Origin: Takakia lepidozioides
Lineage: Eukaryota > Plantae > Bryophyta
Length of the DNA: 64,000 bases
Assembly: GCA_030704615.1 (NCBI GenBank)
Contig: CM060734.1
Location: forward strand, 41,850,001 to 41,914,000
Direction: 5' to 3'
The notes beneath the pieces are model-generated. The model worked only from the letters and a program-made list of their open reading frames with translations. It did no database searches and had not been told where the DNA came from. Of this stretch, positions 23,101 to 33,500 are shown piece by piece. Numbering within the stretch: the first letter of the stretch is position 1; every line of letters starts with the position of its first letter. The position numbers and the translations under genes are program-made.

Positions 23101-26100
23101 AACACCAAGAGCAAACTTCCTGAAACAACTTGATGCAGATGCTGACCCTGGCTCTCTACGTCTTTCCGTGTGTTGCTCTCCTCGAGCTGATTGACAAGAT
23201 GTAGCATATTGCTTCTCAGATTTCAACAGACAGACAATTCCGATGTTGTTAGCTGCTGAATGTGGCACTGTCTAGGGCTCATCTAGCAATATTTCTAACC
23301 TGAAGACAACTCTTTCAGAACTCATTGGAATTCAAAATGACCAAGTCTTGATTGCGTCATTTGTCCAGTACATTGACTTGATGCTTTTCATAATTGATTT
23401 TTCTTCAAGATCTTGACATGTGATTGGATTAACAGCAAGAGGAAGGGCGGCAATTGCACTTAGAGAGTTGTGTCGGGCAGCTGCTCCCCATATTGCAGCT
23501 GCTCGAGCTCTTGCAGCACTCATGGGCGCATGTGAAGAAGCGGTAGCAGCATCGGTAGGTGTCTCTGATGGAGGGCTGGAGGCAGGGGATCGGCTTGCGA
23601 TCATCCAGGGCCTTGCTGCAGTTGCTACTGCCTTGCCCCCAGAAGAAGCCTGTTTGGCATTTGCCCATCTCACATCAACAGCCATCTCTACTGTAAAAGC
23701 TCTAGCAGAAGCAAGGGTACTTTTCCTCTCTTGTCTATCAATTCCCATTTAGAGCTTTGAGAGTGTCTTTTATTCTGCAAAATATGATGCAGAGTGACGG
23801 AGACAGATAGACATGGGTTCAGATATTGGCCAGGCTGTAATTTGACACACACACACAATTGATAGGGCAATGTGGGCATTTGTGTGGAAGAGGGAGCGGA
23901 AAGAGAGGAAGCGGCCAGGGATAAGATGGCAGGTGTCACTGACACAGGCATATGCAGGAGAAGCCATCTTCATATGAGACACTTTACTTGCGTCCTGTCC
24001 ATCCTGTTGGCGTGCTGGCGTGTACTGTGCAGCCTACAGCGGGCCACATGTGTGGCATGGGAGGCGATGGATGCTCTGGCTGCACCTTCCCCTCCCTGGG
24101 TCGTTCCTCATCGTCTGTGACTAGGCTATTGTCTCATCTATTGACTAGGCTAAACCTGCCAAGTGCCTTTAGCCATACTTCGCATCTTGCATGGTTGGTG
24201 GAAACCCTTCCTTGTGCATCACAGAACAAAAGTTGGGCCAGCTGTGTGCAAAAACATACCACTGCTGGGCTAGAATCCATTTGCTGGCAGAAGATGGCAT
24301 GGGCCCACCAAATGGATGGAATGGACAGGAAGTCACATCCTTTTGTAAACATGCCTCGAAATGCAAGAGACCTACTGGAAGAATCTTTGGGGACTTCCAC
24401 TTTCCATCTGTGTTTCCAATTGCATACTGTTAACTAATTTGAACACCCAAGACCTTGAAGCTAAAAGGTCATGTCAAATTATCTGCAGGAGAGAACAGAG
24501 GATTCAGGATCCATGCTTGCAGAGGCTCTAAGAGTGATTGCGGCGGCCACTGAGTTTGGAGTTCCTCCAGCCCAGAGCGTTGGCTCACACCCAGGCCTTA
24601 TGATCTTGCAAGATATTTGGCCAGCCCTTGAGAAAATTGCCAGTCATTGGCCAGCATATGTTGATGTGTCTTCAGCACTATGTGAGCTCTGGGGCCTGAT
24701 TGCGCAGAAAGTTGGAGTTGTGCTTTCTGGAGTTCTCCCTGCCGTGATAAAGGCAGCTACAGCTATGTTCAAGCAGCATCTTGTCGCTGCATGTCTTGAT
24801 TGCCTTTCCAATGTGAGTATTTTGGCTTCTTGCTCTCTCCCTTCCTCTCCATGTCTCCCCTGGATTAAATAACTCTTCTTTTTTGGCCCTTTACAAAATC
24901 CAGAGGGTCTGGAAATTTATGTAAAGCCTGACCGCAACAAGCTGATTAAGCAAGAGCTCATAAATCTGGACATCAGAGAACCCCCTTACAACAAAGCTGC
25001 AGTTCTATCCCAACACTTTCCTGGACCTTGGCATTGATCTCGATGCCATAACAGGTACTGTAATGTCTCTGGCCGAAGTCATGTGTCAGCAGTGCTGGAA
25101 TCAACATGGTGTTTTCTATCATGATGATGTTAGCTCCTACATCAAATGATTTGGTCCCTGTAACTAGCTTGCTGCTGGCTCTGTGCAAGGGCTCTGGTAA
25201 TGTATGGATGCGCCTCATTTACCCTAGCAGACTGAAACTGCCCAAACAGCTCAAGGAACTTTGCCCTCTAGGGCCAACTTTTGCAGTTAATGATCAATGA
25301 GGACATTATCCTTCTTGTACTTTCCTTTTGTGTCGAGTCCACTTGAAGAGTATGACCATGGCCAAGTAAAAGATTCTTCTATGATACTGTATGTCATTAG
25401 ATGAGTCTCGTAGTATGGGTCTGCCACGGGAGAGGTCAGCTTTAAGGGTGACATGGATTTTACCAAGGCTTGTTACCAACAGCTTATCAGTGTTCTGAAA
25501 CATTCCTCCCTGGAAATTGCGAGGGGCTCTTTTTAGTCTGACGAATATTGTTAGCTCATGAAAGGGAGATTAGATGCAGGTTGTGACTGTTTTGCCCACC
25601 CCGTCCTTGCAGATTGTAGCTCTCGTATCCGTTGAAGCGAATGCAACCTCTCAAGTAGAGGAGAGCCTGGCAGAAAACCTACTGCAAGTCACAACAGCTA
25701 TCAACGACCTTGAGCATATGGTGGCATCCAAAGAGGAATACAAAGTTTCATCAGGCCTTCATACATTAGCTGGGATGGACGATCTAGAGAAAAAGAGGGG
25801 AAAGCAGCAGCAAACTGAAGTGCTTGGGGCAGTTTGTCGGCTGGGTCGGAGTTTTCTGCAAGGCAGACCTTCTATTTTGTTGCCCTCACCTGCATTTCTC
25901 AACATTATTCATTGTGCCATAGGTGTGTACTTTGCTCTGCTTTCAGTTTAGCATCCACTCCTTTGAGTTTGTCTATATCGAGCTATTTGTAAGTATAAGC
26001 TAGGAGCGAGGATACCAACCTAAGACAAGTCACAATGACAGACACACCTTTGCACCTGAGTAAGCTCTTGATATTATCAAAGGTCCACAACTGTTGATAC

Positions 26101-27886
26101 CATTGCATTTGACCCTACACAAGATCCCTGCAGCCGCCCAGTTTCTTCACTAGTGTGTGAGGAAGGGAGTCTGTGCTTGAAAATCAGTGAAGTTCCTCTG
26201 GACTCGGGATTGGCTAGCCTGGTGGGGCATCGTGTCTCAGCTAGTAACCCTGTAAGGTTTAGTGTTTGTGGCTTGTAGGCAAAATGTGTGGGTCTCTCAT
26301 TCAGGCAGTTCCTGATTGAAGCTCCAGCTCGGGTCCTGCCTTTCCAGGAAAAGCTTTGTGCAGTGAGAAATGAAATGGTGCTTTATAAGGTCCACGGAAA
26401 GCTCATAGAGCTTATGGGACAAAATGGAAGAAAACATGAGAGAGGAACGAATCCAGAAACCAAGAATAACAATTAATGTTCTAGCAATTGTCTAAGGGTG
26501 AAGGCCTCGTGCAGGTAGAGAAACCTAGTTATACATTCCACTGCTTCAACTAAGAAAATTTCAGAGAATATAAACATATTAATGCCTTGACTTCGAAATT
26601 TGAAGATCTGTAACATATGCTCCCTGTATGTGGCCTCAAATTTTAAAGTTGGAGTCCTATTTGCTTTCTCTATTTTTTAACTTTAATATGGGTTTGTGAA
26701 GCAGGGTGTGTTCAAAGAAGAGAAGTGGGCCCAGCTTTGGCAGCTGCCAAGTTTATGGCAGAGGCGGTTATTTGTGTGGGACTAAGTGACAATGGTGATA
26801 AGGATAATATTGAATGGCGGCTGCCACAAGAGCTTGTGCCACATGTGGATACAGCGGTGGGCTTCTATGGGGCACTAATGGTGGAGGTAAGTTAGCTTCT
26901 TTACTTTGACATATGCTTGGAAAATGCACCTACATTACATGTATATACTGTCTATATGTTGGTCTCATATGCATGACCAGGCTATTATTTTGAGTGCTGG
27001 ATATGCTCTTTCCTTTCCCCATACAAATTTTTCTTCAGATGAATTCAAATCAAACATTTGGAACTTCTGGAGGCTTCACAGTCAAGATTTCTGGAAGATT
27101 CCGCAAGGAAGTCGAAGATTTGTCCAGTTGTATCTAAACTGGTAACCCATCTTGGGTGTCGATCTTCTGATATGCGACACGTTTGTCAGTCACATGGCCA
27201 AATTAATGACTCATGAAATTTTTGATGCTGAATGAGCAGTCTGTACTGTACTTCATACCTTAATTGTAAGAAAGACAAGCCCTTTGCACCTTCTCAGCTG
27301 GGTTTCACAAGATGGACTGCGGTTCCACGTTGCAGGTAGTGCTCAAGGCAATATCCAGGATGGAACTTGTGGAGGACTTGAGAGATGCACTTGCGGATGT
27401 TTTATATGGGCTTTGCCTGAGGTATGCAGCTGCAAGTGAGACGGCCATGCTTGCTGTCCTCAACTCAGCTAACTTTCCTGCAAGGTGCGGAGTGTTGACT
27501 GAATCAGACAAGAAGCTTTTTGTAGCAGCAGCTGTAAAGCAACCACTGCATCCTAGGCGAAGATTCCAAGGTAAAAATTTCTACTCCTCTTTATAGGGTT
27601 ATTGAGAAGAGATGTAAAAACACTTTGAGTGATACGAATGGGATCTCAGATGCACACAACATTCCATGCCTTTTTTGTGAATGCAATTGTGTGTATAGTC
27701 AAACTTTTTTGCTTATGATCGACAGGATAATTTAGTTGTAGCCTTTCCAGTTTGCACCTTACCGCTGTCCATTTTCTAACCTGAGTTTTCAATATCTTTG
27801 ATGCAGAGCTTGTGGGCGATTTTGGTAGAGTATGTCAGGCACAGATGCCTTCAGAAGTCCTTGCTGGCTATCAGCGTGGGCTCTAA
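11150..27886 (+). CDS. Importin-beta family karyopherin, importin-13/transportin-SR-like (HEAT repeats)
   Basis: N-terminus has IBN_N/Xpo1-like hallmarks (QANEWITQF...AW...VRFFALNLLLSKMRSDW, ARLCVVLS, AVELLISLAEE), then DDFYRFRE and WQHAEVCLF. Exons: 11150-11563, 13294-13416, ~14141-14257, 14661-14848, ~20719-21026, ~21228-21307, ~21688-21974, ~22882-23021, ~23436-23716, (23866-23932?), 24489-24812, 25613-25922, 26705-26886, 27336-27570, 27807-27886 (TAA). Subfamily uncertain. Confidence 0.85.
12236..12659 (-). mobile_element. Rearranged, truncated LINE family A insertion (three segments, middle one inverted)
   Basis: 3' end (-, ~12236-12428), RT thumb fragment on + (~12437-12538, PSYTFLDVEFSSSCNWDVHIQKVVQT) and N-terminal repeat fragment (-, ~12580-12630, GMLNGMPILKLYT), all flanked by direct repeat AAGTAGAG (12228-12235, 12660-12667). 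Confidence 0.8.
12971..13162 (+). mobile_element. LINE family B 3' fragment with (CATTT)n tail
   Basis: Homologous to 15248-15550 and 26367-26517; ends ...aagctctatgagcttcccgcggacgttataaagcac(cattt)6. Confidence 0.85.
13672..13737 (+). repeat. Family C conserved core, copy 2
   Basis: tgtccaccttccaaacggaaggcagtagccctttggggtg...ccataagttacgcttgc matches the reverse complement of 2763-2832 and 51701-51770. Confidence 0.7.
13926..14048 (-). mobile_element. LINE family B 3' fragment
   Basis: (gaaat)3 tail then ggtactttataatgtccgcagaaagctcaaagagctt...; flanked by TATAGAGA direct repeat. Confidence 0.8.
15248..15550 (-). mobile_element. LINE family B 3' fragment including C-terminal Cys/His motif of ORF2
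   Basis: Translates CNQEIETEEHFFYCPLYYEIRGRF (LINE ORF2 C-terminal zinc-knuckle-like); same 3' UTR and (CATTT)n tail as the other B copies. Confidence 0.85.
15628..20157 (-). pseudogene. Disrupted single polyprotein ORF of LINE A (ORF1-like N-terminus, 47-aa repeats, APE, RT, CCHC)
   Basis: Three ORF pieces (19513-20157, 18278-19399, 15628-18369) join through frameshifts at ~19540 (one repeat is 140 instead of 141 bp) and ~18315. RT motif reads QGCTLLFN, lacking the conserved SP of QGxxLSPxLF. Confidence 0.85.
19285..19694 (-). repeat. Three tandem 141-bp (47-codon) repeats inside LINE A
   Basis: acaattaccc anchor at 19290, 19431 and 19571 (periods 141, 140); each unit encodes FGTLNGLPILKVYTRR. 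Confidence 0.95.
26367..26517 (-). mobile_element. LINE family B 3' fragment
   Basis: gaaatgaaatggtgctttataaggtccacggaaagctcatagagcttatgggacaaaatgg...; GAGAAA direct repeat at both flanks. Confidence 0.85.
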
Positions 27887-28640
27887 TTTGTGTTTTGCAA
27901 TCCACAAGGAGCACACACTTCTCTGAACTTGATGTTCCCTCTGGACCTGAGGACAGCCTACACACATCAGGGAGGACGGAGACCTTACATTGGCTATGAG
28001 ATAAGAGGTGTACATCTAACACAAACAGATGCTTGAAAGCGAAAAGGATGGTGTCCCTTGATACAGTATTTGGTGAATTTTAGAGTCAAGGAAAAAGCAG
28101 CTCAAATGAACTTGCCATTACATACACAGACCCTGGCACATGATGCCGAGAACATTGCTTGCAATCAAAGAAAATCCTGAAGCTTCTTACGGAATCAGAT
28201 TCAGCTATTCATCTATTATTGCCTCTTTCACCTGGCCTTCTGTGGGTTGTTCTATGAATACGGGGAGTAGATGCAGGTCCTGTGTGTTTCAGTAGGAAGG
28301 GGCAAGAGAAAGTACATCCAACTGATGACAGTGAACAGCTGGTACAACAGTTATTGTTTTGTATTAGCTCAAAGTGTGGATACATACTCGGAACGTCTCA
28401 AGCTTACCCACCTCTGAAGTATATTTGTTTTCATGGCAGAGCTACTGTCAAGCCTTCAAGAGAAAATCTTATGCGGAATTAGGATGCAGTGTAGAAAACC
28501 AACAAGACTTCGCACGAGGACATGGATAAGGTCTGGGAGATGGCTGCTGTTCTCATCAAAGACCTTGCCATGGCTTGTTGTAATGTTATCTGATACTTGT
28601 CCTCAGCACTAGACAGCCCAGGAGATCAGCTGGTCATACT

Positions 28641-29615
28641 TCACCACCAACAGCTTGAGTAGCCTTCCGATGAGCCCCTGCAGCAAATCCAGCAAACAGA
28701 CCAGCTGTAACACTCCTCGTCCTTTTTGTTGCAATAGCTCGAGCAATCGTGAGCATCGCATGATGACGAAGATGCATGCACCTGTGCTTTCGCTGCTACT
28801 TGGGCAACCTTGGCTGCGTCTGTTGGGCCCGATTGCTGACAAACCGAGCACAATTTGGGGTGATAGCAAGCAGAGCCCTCCCTGCAGTACTCGTCACAGG
28901 CAACCGGAATGTGGTTGCACGTCTTAGCCACGCCTCTTGGCTTGTTGGATACTGCAGCACATTCAGAGAGGTCAGACTGGCTTTCATAGCCTGGTATAGC
29001 ACTACAAACATACAGCCATACCAGAAAATAGTGACTGAATTGGGGAAATCTGCCTTATTTTCAATCAAGAGTACGAAGTACGCGCGAACCACCTTGAGCA
29101 GCTTGCGCAATTTGTGTGATAAGGAAACTGTGGAAACTTTGGGAGCCTATACCTCAAATCCTTGTCAAGAGCGGACAGCTAGTGGAAACATTTGCATCTG
29201 ATGTCGCACTAGATGCAAGATTCAGACGAGGAATTTCTTATCAGTGCAAGTTGTAGATGCTGTGGAGATATGTACATTGTTTCCTAGAATCTTGATAGCC
29301 TAGCGAGAGACAAATTGCCTCCGCCTTGTATGCTGTAACTTGTACACGTTATTCTCCTTCATGAGATACGACCTCGTGCGGAGCATAAGTTGATTACGTC
29401 CAGGGGAGGCCTGGAGGACAGTAGTGAAAAAGGAGAGAAGAACAGGAGCAAAACTGGAACTTTGCAGGTAGTACCTCACAGCAACAGTTTACACGAAAAG
29501 ACAATGTGAGTGAGACACCTTCTTGTGGGGAAGAATCCCCGTGTCCTTCAGAAGCAAGAAGGAGAGTTAGGAGCGCTGTGTACAGCATTGGTAGTTTCCG
29601 ATTGGGATGAGCCAT
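28641..29615 (-). CDS. Putative secreted cysteine-rich peptide precursor (135 aa, two tandem Cys domains), two exons
   Basis: Exon 1, 29615-29519, encodes a signal-peptide-like MAHPNRKLPMLYTALLTLLLASEGHG. A phase-1 GT-AG intron (branch-like CTGAC, TGCAG) leads to exon 2, 28951-28641, with two repeats of C-x4/6-C-xxY-C-x5/6-CY-x4-C-xx-C. Confidence 0.6.
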
Positions 29616-30561
29616 GGATGTTCGCTTTGGAGGAGTAGCGTGTAGCGGTCTGTAGAATGTGGGAAAGGTGGTGGACCTGAAATATAACAAGAGCCCCAGT
29701 GTACTGACTACTGACGTTAGTTCAATGATGGCGGCGGTTTATGGGCGTTTTATTCCAGTACACTGGAAGCATGGAAGCGGCTTCCTTCGCCTTCGCAGGT
29801 AGTCAGTTGTCCTATCATTTAAGCCTTTTCTTCCTGCATCAGTAAAAAGATGTGTGGAGTCTGGACCCAAAAGTTGTAAGAGATTTTTAGTTTGCAGTTT
29901 GTTTGTCCATTGTCCACTCATAATCACCTACATCTACTCCTCATCGATGGCCGGGTTGGACCACTGAAAAACATAAACTTGCTGGACCTCAAGATTTCAC
30001 TCTTAACTGCCAGGTGGGAAAAACAATTGAGATGTCACACAAGAATATGCAAGGGAGAACATATTCTCATACTCTTGAAAAAGTTCTGGAGGCATATCTT
30101 CCCTGATCTTTTTTCTTCAACATCTTTTTTCTCGTAATTTGATTCTCTGAAAAATACATCATGTAAACCACCATCCAAATATATGTACAGCAAAGTTTCT
30201 GACCAACCACAAGATGCTCCACAGCTGGTAAGGCCTGATCATAGCTTCACCAAGTTGGTAACACCAACGTTGGAAAATCGTAGGAAAATCACGTTGGAAA
30301 ATCACTTTCAAGATGTGCATCTGTTCAACCTCACTACTGAACAGACCTGCCCTCCAAGCTAGCTTGACGACCCTTAGAGCAAGATTGATCGACAGCGTGT
30401 CGTGGGCTCTTCAGTGCTCATCTCGGTATCGGACATCACCTTTCGAACTGTGAATGTATTTGAGGTACGAGGTCATGATTTCCCAAGGATGACTCCACCT
30501 GCTCTGCAGTGGCAGAAATGTGGGCAGATCATTATTGTTACCCGATACAAGATGGTGAGTG

Positions 30562-33500
30562 TTACCCAAGCTGAACTCCGTCCGTTTGCCTCTCAATATG
30601 CCGTTGTCTCAACCCCTGTTCACTTTCAGTAACAACACCTGTCACAGATGCATGTGAAGGGGTCACAGAGACTGGTTCTGCTGTAACCCCAGGTCCCTCC
30701 CTGACTCTTAACTCCTGGAAACCTGGAAGCAAAAGTGACGGGCTTCCCAGTATCCATGGCAACACTGAGTAGTATGATGTGAAAGGAGAAGACCGCAATG
30801 GCTGGCTCACTGGCCCTTCCGCCTCAGGTCTGGCACCACCATACCCAGACCCTGTGGCCCTGTTCCTACCATGCCCTCTATCTCCAAACCTCTGTCTAAT
30901 GTTATCCCTAAGCCTGCGTATATCTATGCTCCTGTTCCAACTGTTGGTGCCAAATTCATGACTAGGATTGTCATTCTGGTTCGAACCATTGGAAGGGATA
31001 CTGTTTATGCTTGGGATATCTGAATTTCCTCTGCCTAAGCTATTGCTACTGCTAACAACACCATCGGGAACCTGGCCAGTCGCAGAATCCACACCACTTT
31101 CATCCGAGACATGTCCATTTCCCACTGGGGTACTTGAGCTGCCTGGGACCAGCCTCAGGGGATTGACTGTCAAACCACTATCCATGAACCGCCAGGTACT
31201 TTGGCCTTCAACACTAACATGGCTTCCTGCTCTAGGGTAATTTATCCCAGGTAGACCCCTGGAAGTCTCACCAGGATTATTCAAACGGGTCAATCGAACT
31301 GTAGAGGTGAGGATGGCAGAGGAGGTAAAATGGAGTCCCTGTTGCTGCAACAGTGCCCTTTGATCCAGAAAGCTCTGCAGTGCTGGCACCTAATTGCAAC
31401 AAGAAACCAGCAGCCATTAGCTGGGAAGAAGCGCCACCACGACAACCCATTAGAGTAACTAAGAATCTCTGTCCCAGCCGTTGGCAATATTACATCAGTC
31501 CAGGATGACATTTGTGCCACTTGAATCAGGAACAATGCTTGTGCTCAACATGTCTTCTTCGGAGCACCCCTAGAACATTCATGCAATGCGAAAAAAGAGA
31601 CCAAGCCCAGGGCACAGTGTGAGAGAGAAGAGAGGAGATAGAGAGAGGAGTGGAGAACCCAAATTTTCTCTATATTATTATTTGAAAACACACCCTGCCC
31701 ATCTGTTCACGATATTCCTTAGCACACAGGTTTTACTTGCAGGTCTTCTGTGTTGTTAACTGGCTCCCTTGGGAGAAACTAGCATGCAGTGGCAATGATA
31801 TACTTCTGGCTTCACACATGCCTTAAAAACCAGGACAACTGAGAGCCTCTTTTTACTGTTTTGTATGTTAATATTGACCTTTTAATCTCCTTTTGTAGCT
31901 CAATGATGTAGTCAAAAGCTGGGCCCTACCAATACATCTTGCAAAGATGCGTAACAGTTTCAAAGCCCAATTAAAAAAGAGGTACCTCAAAACGGTTCCA
32001 AAAGTACAGCACAAGATGCTGCATGAAGGCGCCTGTTGCGGAAAATGCCAGATAAGAGAAGCCTGGTGCATGCAATGCCCATTACAGTTAAGATGCTTGC
32101 CGTAGCCAGTGTGTGATCATAAAGGAGGTTATTTAAAGTAGGCTCTCACCAAAGGGGGGCTGACACACTAAAAACTATTCTCATAATCCAGTGAATTGGG
32201 GAAGGACTGGATCAGCCCCATGTTCATTATTTCTCAAGACAAGTTTTGAGTACAATCAGTAGTTCATCTATGTTAGCCTGCTGGTTAGAAAGTTTAAAGG
32301 CAAAACTGGAAGCCAGAGTTCTCGAATTGGAAGTGCTCACTTCTCTCTGAAAACTAAAGCTGCGAGTCCTGAGGTAGTACTTGGAGCTAAAGAAGGTTAA
32401 GAGTGATCTCAATTTATTACATGTGTGTGTTGACCAGAATTCTCTCAAGTATAAGCATTACCTTTCAAAACAAAGTCTTTCGAAAGTTATTACCAAGTTA
32501 TTACTGGTGAGGCAATGCCAGCCGTTATTCAGAAATACCATTGATTCTGACTACAAGTTATTCTGCCGTTGGTTGAAAGTAAGATGTATTTGACCCAGCT
32601 GCAATCGAACGATCACACCCATTGGGAAGAACATGCACAAAGGAGCCCTAAAGGCTTAAATTGGAGCTTGCTTCTAAGTAACGAACTGAGGGTACATGAC
32701 AACAGAGAGAAAGATACAACTCCAGCCCAAGCAAATGTACATAAGAGCCACTTCCCCTTACGGGTGGGTACTGCCCATGCCAAAGGTGGGCTCTGCACAA
32801 GGACCCTACGCAGGCTGGTGTGATCTGGTTGCCAGGCCTTACATGACAACTTACTAGTCAAGTGGCATGCTGCTTAAGGGCAAAACCAAAAGAGGGAAAT
32901 ACGTACCGTAAGTGTAGGAAAAGAAATAGACATGGAAAGCCATAAAATAGAGAAAAAAGAAACGCGGGAAATATCGCATGGACAGTGGTGTCCGTACACT
33001 GCACATACCATACCCACATGGTATCAGCTAAGTAAACAAAGCTATGATATATTGGCAAAGCCAGTGTAGCTCATCCTTCAAACAGAGCAGTGTGCTCCCA
33101 AAAGAAACTGCAAGATGAAAGTTTTGTAAATAGCAAAGTTTCCCTTAATACTAGCAAAGGTCAACATCAGTGGAAGATCTCACAACACATCTTCAAACTG
33201 CAATCATGCATGCAGCATCTTGAAAAATTCAAAGAGACAGAGTCTTGCCTGATCATTGTGAAAAGTTCACATAGCCAGACTAGAGTGAGGACCATAAAGG
33301 CCAGGAGCTGATCGTCAAAAAATTCAAACAGAAAGAAGAGGATGCCTATCATTATCTGCGCCCACCCAGCCAGAGCGCAGCATATGACTGCTATTCGATG
33401 GAACTGTCTCTCGTACTCTTCGCGTTAGTCAGTCTATAGTCATAAGGCTCCTGCATAGTCACTTTGCCTTTGTGCAATGCTTGAGCTTTGAGTTGTTCTT

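Noticed and set aside
30562-31389. 275-aa ORF as a stand-alone gene
   Set aside because: It begins at a splice acceptor with VPALQ and is the last exon of membralin.
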